NCBI GenBank assembly: GCA_049587755.1
Contig: JBAVEN010000082.1
Coordinates: 9,804-73,803 of the forward strand
Direction of reading: 5' to 3'
DNA length: 64,000 nucleotides
Source of the DNA: Bryobacteraceae bacterium
GTDB lineage: Bacteria > Acidobacteriota > Terriglobia > Bryobacterales > Bryobacteraceae
Shown: in pieces, positions 39,988-49,208 of the stretch
Numbering within the stretch: the first letter of the stretch is position 1
How the letters are laid out: the number at the start of each line of letters is the position of its first letter
Made by a program: the position numbers and the translations under genes
The notes under the pieces: generated by a model
Seen by the model: only the letters and a program-made list of their open reading frames with translations
The model's database searches: none
Told to the model about the DNA's origin: nothing

Positions 39988-42657
39988 CTACTCCGCCGCC
40001 GCCACCGTCAGCGGCGCACCAAGGTGAATCTTCCCTTTCAGCTCGATCGTCGCTGAGCTTCGTCCTACAAGAACGTCGAACTCGCCGGGATCGGCGCGCC
40101 ATAACTTGCCTTTCACATCGTAATAAGTGAACGCCCGGGGCTCGAGCGCGATGCTTACTTGCTTTGTCTCGCCTGGCTTCAGCTCGACTTTCGCAAATCC
40201 CTTCAGTTCCTTGGGCGGGCGTGGAACGGAGGCGTGGCTGTCGCCGATATAAAGCTGCGCCACTTCGGCACCGGCGCGCTTGCCGGTGTTGGTCACTTCG
40301 AACGTCACTTCATACATACCGTCCTTGGCGCCCGGCTTGATTGCGAGCTTGCCGTAGCGGAAGGTGGTGTAGGACAAGCCCTGGCCGAAAGCAAACGCCG
40401 GCGTCACGCCGTTGTGTTCGTAGCCGCGATAGCCCACAAACACGCCGTTGCGATACACCACGCGGCGCGTGCCGGGATCGGGATAGTAGCTGTCGTGCGC
40501 CGGGTTATCCTCCCAGCGCTTCTCGATGCTGATGGGCAGGCGCCCGGAGGGGTTCACATCGCCGAGCAGGATCTCCGCCAGCGCCGTGCCGCCCGCCTGG
40601 CCGGGATACCAGGCGTAGATCAAGCCCGGCACGCGGTCCAGCCAGCCGTGCACGTCCACGCCGCCGCCGGCCGTAATCACCACCACCGTCTTCTTGTTGA
40701 TAGCGGAGATCTCGCGGATCAGCTCATCCTGCCCAATAGGCAACTGGAAGGTGCGGTCACCGCCTTCGCTCTCATTGCTGTCGTTGAAGCCCACTGCCAG
40801 CACCACCACGTCCGCCTTCGCCGCCATCGCCTTGGCCACGGGATCCACCAGGCTCGCCTGCGGCGCGATGCCTACTCGCACCACGTCGCCATGAAAGTTG
40901 AAGCCGCCTTGATACTTCTCGAAGACCACTTGGTGCGGCCCGGCGGCGAGATCGAGCGTCGCCTGGTCCACCATCGCCTTGCGCACCGTCCAGCCATCCA
41001 GAATCGGCTTGCCATCCAGGTAAAGCCGGTAGCCGCCCACGGCATCGGTCGGCGATTCGGCGAAAACCTCGTAGACACCGGCGGTCTTGGCGGTGTAGTA
41101 GCCGCTCCAGCGCATCGACGTGGCTTTGTGCGGGTGGCTCAGCAGCGCGGCAAAGTCCGCGCCGGTCGCCAAATCGGCCATCGCGAAGGCTGGAGCGACG
41201 TTGATGTGCCGGGCTATGCGTGTCTCGGACGGCGCGCCGGAGAGATCCTGGTTGGCGAAGATTTCCATCTTCAGGCCGGCCTCCCCGCCGCCAGCTTCGG
41301 TGGTGAACTCGGTGCTATTGGCGATCCGGCCCCGATCCGGCAGGCCGGGGTTCCACAACACGTTGGCTCTCGCGCCCAGCTTGTCCGTCAACCCTTCCAG
41401 AAAACTGACCGCGGCAAACGGCTTCACACCGGCGCTGCCGCCTGCGTTCGGCACCGCCGGATACGCGCCTGGGCCGATCAGCGCGATGGTCTTGTCGGTG
41501 CCGGCATCGATCGGCAGCAGGTTGCCTTCGTTTTTCAGTAGCACCATGGATTCGCGCGCGGCCTGAAGCGCCACCTGCGCGCCGGTGAAACTGTACCGCG
41601 GAATCGTCAGGTCCGTCTGCTCCCGGTCGAGCCAGCCGAAACGGACCGCCACGCGCAGAATGCGGCGCACCTTGTCGTCAATGGTGGCCATCGAGACCTG
41701 CCCCTTTTCGATCGCCGGCAGCAGGGTGGCGCGGTTCATGTGGTCGCCGGCGGGCATCTCTAGGTCCAACCCGCCGTTGGCCGCCGCTACCCCGTCGTAG
41801 GTGGCCCACCAGTCGGACATCATGATGCCGTCGAAGCCCCAGGTCTGCTTGGCAATTTCGGTGTTGAGGCGCGAACTCTCGGTGAGGCGCTGGCCATTGG
41901 TGAGGTTGTAGGAATCCATCACGGCGCCGGCGTGCGCGCGTTTTACGGCGGCCTCGAAGATGGGCAGGTAGATCTCGCGCATGGCGCGTTCGTCGATGAT
42001 GGCATCTACGTTGTGGCGGTCGAACTCCGAATTGTTGCCCATGAAGTGCTTGATGGTCGCCGATACGCCCAGCTTCTGCATGCCCTCGATGTAGCTGACG
42101 GCGATGCGCCCGCCTAGAAACGGGTCCTCGCCGAAGTATTCGAAGTTGCGCCCGTTCATGGGCGCGACGTAGATATTGACGCCCGGACCGAGCATGAAGT
42201 GAACGCCGCGCGCGCGGGCATCGGCGGCGATGGCGCCGCCCACGCGCTCCGCCAGCGCCGGGTTCCACGTGGCCGCCAGGGCGATTCCGCCTGCCATCGT
42301 GGTGGCCGGTCCGTCGTTGCGCGCGCCCATCGGCCCGTCCGACGTCTTCAGCTTCGGCAGCCCGAGCCGCGGGATGGCTCGGATATAGAAGCCGTCCACT
42401 CCTCCGATCAGGTCGATCTTCTCTTCGGTCGTCATCCGCTTCAGGATGTCGGAGACCCGCTTCTCGGTGTCGGAGACCCGCTTCTCGGTGTCGGAGACCC
42501 GCTTCTCGGTGTCGGAGACCCGCCTCTCGGTGTCGGAGACCCGCTTCTCGGTGTCGGAGACCCGCTTCTCATCGGCCGCAGCAGCGGCCATCAGGGGCGC
42601 GGCGAACAAGGCCGCACAAAGCAAACCGGCAAGCTCGTAAGGAATGGCAGGAATCAT
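39988..42657 (-). CDS. glycoside hydrolase family 3 beta-glucosidase (BglX-like) with an inserted PA14-like domain
   Basis: Signal peptide, then MTTEEKIDLIGG, KHFMGNN, GIMMSDW (nucleophile context), a PA14-like insert (EIFANQDLSGAP...YRLYLDGKPILDGW) and an Fn3-like C-terminus. Confidence 0.9.
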   Translation of the reverse strand: MIPAIPYELAGLLCAALFAAPLMAAAAADEKRVSDTEKRVSDTERRVSDTEKRVSDTEKRVSDTEKRVSDILKRMTTEEKIDLIGGVDGFYIRAIPRLGLPKLKTSDGPMGARNDGPATTMAGGIALAATWNPALAERVGGAIAADARARGVHFMLGPGVNIYVAPMNGRNFEYFGEDPFLGGRIAVSYIEGMQKLGVSATIKHFMGNNSEFDRHNVDAIIDERAMREIYLPIFEAAVKRAHAGAVMDSYNLTNGQRLTESSRLNTEIAKQTWGFDGIMMSDWWATYDGVAAANGGLDLEMPAGDHMNRATLLPAIEKGQVSMATIDDKVRRILRVAVRFGWLDREQTDLTIPRYSFTGAQVALQAARESMVLLKNEGNLLPIDAGTDKTIALIGPGAYPAVPNAGGSAGVKPFAAVSFLEGLTDKLGARANVLWNPGLPDRGRIANSTEFTTEAGGGEAGLKMEIFANQDLSGAPSETRIARHINVAPAFAMADLATGADFAALLSHPHKATSMRWSGYYTAKTAGVYEVFAESPTDAVGGYRLYLDGKPILDGWTVRKAMVDQATLDLAAGPHQVVFEKYQGGFNFHGDVVRVGIAPQASLVDPVAKAMAAKADVVVLAVGFNDSNESEGGDRTFQLPIGQDELIREISAINKKTVVVITAGGGVDVHGWLDRVPGLIYAWYPGQAGGTALAEILLGDVNPSGRLPISIEKRWEDNPAHDSYYPDPGTRRVVYRNGVFVGYRGYEHNGVTPAFAFGQGLSYTTFRYGKLAIKPGAKDGMYEVTFEVTNTGKRAGAEVAQLYIGDSHASVPRPPKELKGFAKVELKPGETKQVSIALEPRAFTYYDVKGKLWRADPGEFDVLVGRSSATIELKGKIHLGAPLTVAAAE
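42448..42573 (-). repeat. in-frame 21-bp tandem repeat (6 units) in the GH3 N-terminus
   Basis: GTCGGAGACCCGCTTCTCGGT repeated from 42448. Unit 4 has one T>C change and unit 6 diverges at its 3' end. It encodes (EKRVSDT) x6 directly after the signal peptide. Confidence 0.9.
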
Positions 42658-42746
42658 GGCTTGACCTTCTGTTGGAACGCGTCGCTGAACCGCAGCATAA
42701 CACCGTTCGTCGCTTGGACCCTCCGGCGCTATCGTAAGATGGTCTC

Positions 42747-43343
42747 ATGGTGCGGGTCTTCCAGGTGGGTGTCATGGTGTCCACTCTGCTGCTCGGCGTG
42801 GCGCCGGCGCAGGTCATCGAATTCGAGTCGAACGGTCTGCGCTATCAAACCCTCACGCGGTCCGGGCTGACCATCATGTTCGCCCATCTTCCCAGGCACC
42901 TGCACGAGTATTCCATCATTCAGGTGGACATCTCCAACGGCTCAGCCGGGCCGTATGTGATCCGCCCGGAAGACTTCAGCATTGAATATGCCGACGGTGC
43001 CGTCGTGCATGGCGCCCCCGCGCACGAGATCATCCAGATGCTGATGCAGAAGGGAAGCGGCGGCGACGTCGTCAAGCTCGTCACCACTTATGAAGCGGGC
43101 GTTTACGGCAACCCGCACTTCAGGTCCACCAACGGCTACGAAACCCGCCGCGAGGCCGCATTGGCGGTCAGCTCCACCCGGTTGCGTGCCGCGGCCGCCG
43201 CCAGCGCTCTTGCCCTGGTGCAAACCCGCCTGGCCCCGGGCGAGAGCACCGATGGCGCCGTCTTCTTTGCCGAAACCAAGGCGCTCGGCGGCAAGCTCGT
43301 GGTCCGGACCAACACGGACGTCTTCCAGTTCAGCGCGGAATAA
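42747..43343 (+). CDS. secreted hypothetical protein
   Basis: Signal-like MVRVFQVGVMVSTLLLGVAPAQ. 198 aa with coding-like composition and no family recognised. Confidence 0.55.
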   Translation: MVRVFQVGVMVSTLLLGVAPAQVIEFESNGLRYQTLTRSGLTIMFAHLPRHLHEYSIIQVDISNGSAGPYVIRPEDFSIEYADGAVVHGAPAHEIIQMLMQKGSGGDVVKLVTTYEAGVYGNPHFRSTNGYETRREAALAVSSTRLRAAAAASALALVQTRLAPGESTDGAVFFAETKALGGKLVVRTNTDVFQFSAE

Positions 43344-43639
43344 ATAGCATTGTGGGGCGGTTGGTAATCAGCGCACCGATTTTCAATCGGCACCGAAGCG
43401 CCAACCGCTGCGGATTAGGCGTGAATCGCAATCACCGGCCTCACAACAATTCTTGCGATTTTAGTTTCAGTTGTTTACAGGCGAGGCGACGATCCACTTC
43501 CGGGGTAGCACCGATATCGTGTGAGTGAGAGGGAATTCGGTGCCCATCTTTCTTACCTGGCAGTTCCTGACCGCCTTCCAAACCGGCCTACCCGCTCCGC
43601 TGGAGCGTTCTCTTCCCACACCGCCGCATTCCCTCGGGT

Positions 43640-43771
43640 TTACTTGCGCGAGCCGCGCTCCGGATTGCGCAGCCTCGATTGACGCGTCTTGCGTTTTTGA
43701 CGTTTGGGCTTGCGAATCACGAAGGTGCCGCTGCCCAGGTATTCCGCCTGGTAATTCTTTTCTGCTGCCAA
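43640..43771 (-). CDS. possible 43-aa highly basic small protein (TTG start)
   Basis: AAGAGGAGAG SD-like sequence 4 nt upstream of TTG 43771. Product MAAEKNYQAEYLGSGTFVIRKPKRQKRKTRQSRLRNPERGSRK. Not recognised. It is the in-frame tail of track ORF 43640-43897. Confidence 0.25.
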   Translation of the reverse strand: MAAEKNYQAEYLGSGTFVIRKPKRQKRKTRQSRLRNPERGSRK

Positions 43772-43876
43772 AGAAACTCTCCTCTTGGTGGGTAAAACTG
43801 CCTTTCCATTGTAACGTGCCGCCTGCCTCCGTCGTGGAGCAGGTCGCCAACCTGCCAAATGTAAGGCGCAGGCCCC

Positions 43877-43962
43877 CGTGGGACAAATCTGTCCCACGAA
43901 AAGAACGCAAGTGCTTGATTTCGAAGCACTGCCTCCTGAATTCGTGGGACAAGTTGTCCCAC
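43877..43962. promoter_or_regulatory. two copies of the palindrome GTGGGACA-N3/4-TGTCCCAC flanking a third hairpin
   Basis: CGTGGGACAAATCTGTCCCACG at 43877-43898 and GTGGGACAAGTTGTCCCAC at 43944-43962, with AGTGCTTGATTTCGAAGCACT between them. They lie in the divergent intergenic region between the small basic ORF and the HEXXH gene. Confidence 0.45.
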
Positions 43963-44068
43963 CAAGCCGCGTTTTCTGAGTCGCAAGGCGCAGGCCGGGT
44001 ATTTCCGGCCTTTGCGGCCAGCACTGGGTAGGATGCCTTAGCGCATTCTCCGCTATGCTGGGAACTGG

Positions 44069-45331
44069 ATGCTGGGGGCGCAGCCGATCGGGAAATTTGG
44101 ACGCGGATGCGTCGCGGCGCTGGCAGGGTTGTGCTTCTTAGTAGCGCCCGCGCGCGCCAGGGATGGTGCGCCAAGCCAAACCCAGTGCCGACAGGTTCCC
44201 GAAATTTCCCGCGAGCTTTCGGAAATCACCGGACTTTCCTGGCGCCACCCCGTACCGTGCAGTTTCATTTTCAGGCAGCAGGTCAACGCCTTCCTGAAGC
44301 GGCGATTGAAGGAAGAGGCCAGCCCGGAAGACATCCGCGCCGAGGAGTTGACGCTCAAGAAGTTCGGCCTCGTTCCCCAGGATTACGACCTGGCCGCCAG
44401 CACCGTGGATCTGCTCACCGAGCAGGCCGCCGCCTTCTACGATTACAACAAGCGCAAGCTCTTCCTCACCGATTCCACCAGTGGAGAATCCGAAGACACC
44501 GTGCTGGCGCACGAGCTTGCTCACGCCCTGGCGGACCAGAATTTCAACCTGGCGCGCTACATCCGGCAGGGCCGCAAGAGCGACGACGGTTCCACCGCCC
44601 GCCTTTCCGTGATGGAAGGCCAGGCCACCTGGCTGATGAGCGAATACGCGGCGCGGCGCCTGGGCCAGACTCTCATGGGTAACCAGGCTCTTACCACCAG
44701 CATGGCCGCTATCAGCGATTCCGGCGACAGCCAGTTTCCGGTTTTCGAAAATGCGCCCCTCTATTTGCGTCGCTCGCTGGTGTTCCCTTACACCGAGGGA
44801 ATGGTTTTCCAGGGCGCCGTGCTCCAACGCGATCACCAGCGCGGATTCGCCGAGGTTTTCACCGACCCTCCCGTCTCCACTCAGCAGATCCTGCATCCCG
44901 AAAAGTACTTCGCCAAGGTGACGCCCACCGAGCCCGGCTTTCCCGACCCCCATCTGCCGCGCGCTTACAAAGGCTTGATCCGCGGCACGCTGGGCGAGTT
45001 GGAACACGCCATTCTGCTCGAGCAATATCTGGGGAAACAGGAGGCGGAAGAGGTCGCTCCCCACTGGCGCGGCTGCCGCTTCGAGCTGCGCGAAAACAAG
45101 AAGGCCGCGCGCGTGGTGCTGCTCTATGCCGTCGAATGGGACGCTGAGCCCGCCGCCGCGAAATACTTCTCCCTATACCGCCAGATCCTCGCTAAGAAGT
45201 GGAAGCACATGACCGTAGACACCGAGACCGCCGACCGCATCTCCGGCCTCGGCGACGATGGCCGCTTCGAGCTGCGCCGCACCGGCGCGATTGTCACCAG
45301 CGTGGAAGGAATGGAGCCGGAACCGCGCTAA
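44069..45331 (+). CDS. secreted HEXXH-motif putative zinc metallopeptidase
   Basis: Signal peptide ...CFLVAPARA. VLAHELAHALADQNF carries the HEXXH motif. No finer family assignment is possible by eye. Confidence 0.6.
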   Translation: MLGAQPIGKFGRGCVAALAGLCFLVAPARARDGAPSQTQCRQVPEISRELSEITGLSWRHPVPCSFIFRQQVNAFLKRRLKEEASPEDIRAEELTLKKFGLVPQDYDLAASTVDLLTEQAAAFYDYNKRKLFLTDSTSGESEDTVLAHELAHALADQNFNLARYIRQGRKSDDGSTARLSVMEGQATWLMSEYAARRLGQTLMGNQALTTSMAAISDSGDSQFPVFENAPLYLRRSLVFPYTEGMVFQGAVLQRDHQRGFAEVFTDPPVSTQQILHPEKYFAKVTPTEPGFPDPHLPRAYKGLIRGTLGELEHAILLEQYLGKQEAEEVAPHWRGCRFELRENKKAARVVLLYAVEWDAEPAAAKYFSLYRQILAKKWKHMTVDTETADRISGLGDDGRFELRRTGAIVTSVEGMEPEPR

Positions 45332-45365
45332 GGCGGTAGCCGCTGCGTAATACCTTCGTACCGGA

Positions 45366-46982
45366 CTAACGGCAACTGTCATTATTCGCGTTCGGCAGAG
45401 CCAGGAATGTAATGCTGGCTGGCGCAAACGCGATCTGTCCCGAAGATGCCGAGGCGCCGGTCAATTGTGGAAGGGCATCGTCTTTTCCTAGCCTCAGTTC
45501 GCTCCCGTTCAATTGAACCACGGTGTCCTCAAGTTTCCGCGCGATCAAGGTGTATCGCACTGTCGCTGTGGAAAGTTCGATTGCCTGCGAAGCCTCTCGA
45601 TCGGTATTGATGACCAGTAGCGCCACGCCGCCAGGCTGGCCCCGCAAGCAGTGGGCGTAAAGGCGCAAGCTCGGCGCGGGCGAAGGACCTGGGTTTAGAA
45701 CCGTCGTGCCCATGAGTTTTCGCCACATCAGAGCCGCCCAGTAATTCGGCCGCGGCATCAGCGTACGCTCATCCAGTAAGCCATAATCGCTCGACGCCAG
45801 CGTGTTGTGAATGTGAACCTGGACGCCGCGTTGGGCCAGGCGTCCCATCTGATCCAGATAGCGGAAACTATCGAGAAAAGTCGATGCCCACGGATTGCCG
45901 CCGCATGCCGCATCGGCTGTCTCGGTCAACCAGAGCCGTTTGCCGGGCTCGAATCTATCGCGAAGGCCCGCGTAATATTGCTCGATTCGGCCGGCGCGCG
46001 ACAGGAATTCCTCGGAGAGGGTCCCCTCCGCGGTTGTCTGCGAGACGCCGCCCATAGCTGCGCAGCGCTTCGAAACCGCGCCGTAGGAATGGTACGAGAA
46101 CACATCGAACACCGGACCTGTGGCGTGAAGCAGATCCTCGGACCTCAACTGATTTCCCGCAAGGCCGGCCGGACCCAGCGAAATTCCCTCGCCGACGCCG
46201 CCGGGGCCAAGGATGATCATGTCCGGAGCAAATTGCCTCATGAAGGCACGGAAGACGGTCATATCGCGTCCATAAGCCGCGGCATCGTATCCTTTCGGCG
46301 CACCGCCCAGCACCGCATACGTTGGCTCGTTCATGAATTCGGCCGCAGCAATACTGCCGCCAATGGAATTGGTGTACTCGAGGAGCTGGCGAGCCTGAAC
46401 AGGCGTCCATGCGCCAGCGGCATCGCGGGTTCCAGGACTGATGGCGAACGATGTGACGAGCTTCGCATTCACCGCCCGCGCGAACTCGATGACACCCTTC
46501 CATTGCTGCCGGGTTAAGACACCGCCAAAGCCCGTCGGCGGTGTCTTCGGCGGCGGCTGATCGGAATTGTAAAAGTATGTCGTGTTGGCCCACGTTCCGC
46601 TTACCCGCATAAAAGCAGGTCCTAATGCTGCGGCTAGCTTACGCAGACGAGGGTTGGCGAGATCGATGGGAGAACGCTGCTGGTATAGGTCCGAAGCCAT
46701 GCCAGCCGGAATCGCTCCAGAATTCTTACCGGAGCCCTTGGCGGATGACTGCGCATCGAGAAGTGAGGAAATATCCGCATAGGGCTTCCAGAATCTTCCG
46801 CCGGTGACTTCGACCATTTCGACGTTATAGGATTGGAACCGCTCATCGACCGCACCGATACGAGGCATCCTCTCAGGTGCGATAGAAAGGGCCGGGGCGC
46901 CACCAGCGGCCATCGAACTTGCGGCACTTCCCAGCATTGCGAGGAATGCCGTTGCGATCACCCCGAAATCTCCCTGGTTCAT
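45366..46982 (-). CDS. glycoside hydrolase, GH79 (beta-glucuronidase/heparanase)-like
   Basis: Signal peptide. VDERFQSYNVEM, FMRVSGTWANTTYF and AAEFMNEPTYA (candidate acid/base NEP), with a C-terminal beta-sandwich. The family call is from memory of motifs only. Confidence 0.55.
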   Translation of the reverse strand: MNQGDFGVIATAFLAMLGSAASSMAAGGAPALSIAPERMPRIGAVDERFQSYNVEMVEVTGGRFWKPYADISSLLDAQSSAKGSGKNSGAIPAGMASDLYQQRSPIDLANPRLRKLAAALGPAFMRVSGTWANTTYFYNSDQPPPKTPPTGFGGVLTRQQWKGVIEFARAVNAKLVTSFAISPGTRDAAGAWTPVQARQLLEYTNSIGGSIAAAEFMNEPTYAVLGGAPKGYDAAAYGRDMTVFRAFMRQFAPDMIILGPGGVGEGISLGPAGLAGNQLRSEDLLHATGPVFDVFSYHSYGAVSKRCAAMGGVSQTTAEGTLSEEFLSRAGRIEQYYAGLRDRFEPGKRLWLTETADAACGGNPWASTFLDSFRYLDQMGRLAQRGVQVHIHNTLASSDYGLLDERTLMPRPNYWAALMWRKLMGTTVLNPGPSPAPSLRLYAHCLRGQPGGVALLVINTDREASQAIELSTATVRYTLIARKLEDTVVQLNGSELRLGKDDALPQLTGASASSGQIAFAPASITFLALPNANNDSCR

Positions 46983-47032
46983 GCTGTTCGTCTCCTCGCT
47001 GCGAGTCGGCGGCACTTTTCCGCTGAGGCAGA

Positions 47033-48442
47033 CTACGAGGTCGTGTGAGTGTCGGGGGCGACGCCCATTTTGTCGATCTCGCTAAAGTAGACCTTGCGGC
47101 CCTCGTCCATCGCCTGGTTGGATAGGATCACGGCCACGGCGTCGGCCAGGCCGACGTCCAGATTTGCCCTCGGGCGGCCGCCGTCGCGGCAATTCTGGAA
47201 GAAACTTTCCAGCTCCACGTCCACCGGGTTGCGCGATTCTTCCTGCACGAAGATGCCCTTTGAGTACAACCAGCGGCGGGCGTACTTGACTTCGCGTTCG
47301 AGAAAACTCTCCCTGCCGTCGAAAGTCAGGTCGCCGGTCATCAGTGGAATCGGGCCGTTGGCGCCGCCCGATGCAACCATGGTGGCGCCGGCCACAAAGG
47401 GCTGCTGCTGCGCACTGGCTTTTTCGACTGTCGAAGTCTTGAGCGGCTCGCGGTACCACCAGGCCACCGGCATGTGCACGTCGTCGCCCACGGTGATTTC
47501 AATCGTGCCGTCGGTGCCCATGATAATCTCGCCCATCTCCGGCCGCGTGCCGTTGAAGTACGGCAAAAACTGGTTGGTGCTGATGGAAGAGTAAGTCAGC
47601 TTCTGCCCGTTGGGATAACGATAGATCAACTGGATGTTGTCGTAAACGTCGCGGCCGTCCTTGAGCATATCCAGGCTGCCCAGGCCCATCACAAATTCGG
47701 GCTCGGAACCGAACATCCAATCGGAGATGTCCACCTGGTGCGAAGTCAGCTCGGCCGTCAGGCCGCCGGAGAACTGCCGGTACAAGCGCCAGTTATCCGG
47801 GTTGGCAGGCCCGCCCGGTTTCATTGTCCACAGCCTGCTGGGCTTGTTGATCATGTTGCGGTGCCACTGCGCGTGAATGTGGTGCACGTTGCCCAGGATT
47901 CGCTTGTCCACCATGTCCTTCACCATCTGGTAGAACTGGCTGTAGCGCCGCTGCAATCCCGTCTGCATGACCTGTTTCGGCCGCGAATTCGAGAGCGCAC
48001 GCAGCGCGTGAACCTCTTCCGGCTTGAACACCAGGCACTTCTCGCAGAAGACGTGCCGGCCGCTCAACAGCACGTCCCGGGTAAGCGGATAGTGCACGTA
48101 GAGAGGGGTGATGACGAAGACGGCGTCCAGATCCTTGCGGTCCAGCAGATCGTGGTAGTCCTTGTAGGTTGCCGGATTGTTGCCGATCGTCTGCACGCCG
48201 CGATCGAGCGCAACCTGCTGTATGTCGCACAGAGCCATGCAGTGGCCGGTCGGGATGCTCTTGAGGTGCTTCAGCAGGTAGGTGCCCCGGCTGCCCGTGC
48301 CGATCATGCCGTATTGCACCTGGTCGTTGGCGGCTTTCACTTTTTGGATCGCCGGAGCGCCCTCGATGGCGGCGGCCACGGCGGTGACGGCGCCAACAGT
48401 TTTGAATAGATCGCGGCGCGAAAAATCGGTCTCCTGGGACAT
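47033..48442 (-). CDS. Gfo/Idh/MocA-family oxidoreductase with a Tat signal
   Basis: MSQETDFSRRDLFKTVGAVTAVAAA is a twin-arginine signal. Rossmann motif YGMIGTGSRGTY. ATG at 48442; the upstream track extension was rejected. Confidence 0.85.
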   Translation of the reverse strand: MSQETDFSRRDLFKTVGAVTAVAAAIEGAPAIQKVKAANDQVQYGMIGTGSRGTYLLKHLKSIPTGHCMALCDIQQVALDRGVQTIGNNPATYKDYHDLLDRKDLDAVFVITPLYVHYPLTRDVLLSGRHVFCEKCLVFKPEEVHALRALSNSRPKQVMQTGLQRRYSQFYQMVKDMVDKRILGNVHHIHAQWHRNMINKPSRLWTMKPGGPANPDNWRLYRQFSGGLTAELTSHQVDISDWMFGSEPEFVMGLGSLDMLKDGRDVYDNIQLIYRYPNGQKLTYSSISTNQFLPYFNGTRPEMGEIIMGTDGTIEITVGDDVHMPVAWWYREPLKTSTVEKASAQQQPFVAGATMVASGGANGPIPLMTGDLTFDGRESFLEREVKYARRWLYSKGIFVQEESRNPVDVELESFFQNCRDGGRPRANLDVGLADAVAVILSNQAMDEGRKVYFSEIDKMGVAPDTHTTS

Positions 48443-48590
48443 CGGGCAACCTCTTGAGTGATTTCGGTTTGATTTTAGCATGCGGAAACCAGGGGGCTCG
48501 CCGACGATTCCCGATTCCGGATCCCAACAAAAAAAGCCGGTGGCACGCTTCGCCACCGGCCTCCCCCGAACACTCGAAATTGCTATGCCG

Positions 48591-48914
48591 TCACCGGCGC
48601 CAGTGACCGGCGTAATAGCGGCCGCCGAAATAGCGCGGGCCTACCCAAACCGCGCCCGCGAAAGGCCGGCGAGCCCAGTAACCGGGGTGCCCTCCCCACG
48701 CGACGATCCACACATAGCCGGGCCGCGGCATGGGCGGCGCATAATAAGCCGGCGCCACCGGCGCGGGAGCGTACGCCACCACAGGCGCGGGAACATAGGC
48801 GGGGTACGTGTACACGGGGCGGACGCCGCCGAACCCAATGCCGAAGAACCCTCGCGGCGCGGCAAACGCGCTGGCACCAGCCAAAAGAAGAACAGCAAGC
48901 AATTTCGTTTTCAT
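48591..48914 (-). CDS. small secreted Gly/Tyr/Trp/Pro-rich protein, YXWGXW-repeat-like
   Basis: Signal peptide MKTKLLAVLLLAGASAFA. GYVWIVAWGGHPGYW and YYAGHW resemble the WxxGxW repeat family. AAGGAGGAG SD. A sigma54 promoter lies upstream. Confidence 0.6.
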   Translation of the reverse strand: MKTKLLAVLLLAGASAFAAPRGFFGIGFGGVRPVYTYPAYVPAPVVAYAPAPVAPAYYAPPMPRPGYVWIVAWGGHPGYWARRPFAGAVWVGPRYFGGRYYAGHWRR

Positions 48915-48974
48915 GACTCCTCCTTAATTCCCTACGTCCGCCGCCCTCTCGGAGCGGCTCACGCTCTGGATAAT

Positions 48975-48990
48975 TGCAAACCGCGTGCCA
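48975..48990 (-). promoter_or_regulatory. sigma54 (RpoN) -24/-12 promoter
   Basis: The minus strand reads C-TGGCACG-CGGT-TTGCA-A, an exact match to TGGCACG-N4-TTGCW. It lies 61-76 nt upstream of the ATG at 48914. Confidence 0.75.
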
Positions 48991-49094
48991 GACGCAACTG
49001 GTTGAGAATCAAGGGCTGCCTGGCCTTCCGGCTGGCCGCCCTCCACCGCCGCGGTGGTTTTCGGCCATCGGCGAGAGGCTCCCCGTACCGGTTT

Positions 49095-49108
49095 TTACAC
49101 GCGTGTAA
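49095..49108. promoter_or_regulatory. candidate enhancer (UAS) palindrome TTACACGCGTGTAA
   Basis: A perfect 14-bp palindrome about 105-120 nt upstream of the -24 element. A partial repeat TGACACGCG follows at 49113-49121. Confidence 0.35.
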
Positions 49109-49208
49109 CGCCTGACACGCGGGCTTGGCAAGCAAACATCGATCTTTCAACCACTTAGCCTTCGGCATCCGGGCTGCATCCTCAACCTGCGTACGGAAGA
49201 TCGGAAAG

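Noticed and set aside
43357-43408. Nested hairpins (GCGGTTGG...CCAACCGC enclosing CCGATT-TTC-AATCGG) after the 42747-43343 gene, considered as an intrinsic terminator
   Set aside because: The outer stem encloses a 36-nt loop and no U-tract follows. It may still be structured RNA, but I cannot support a terminator call.
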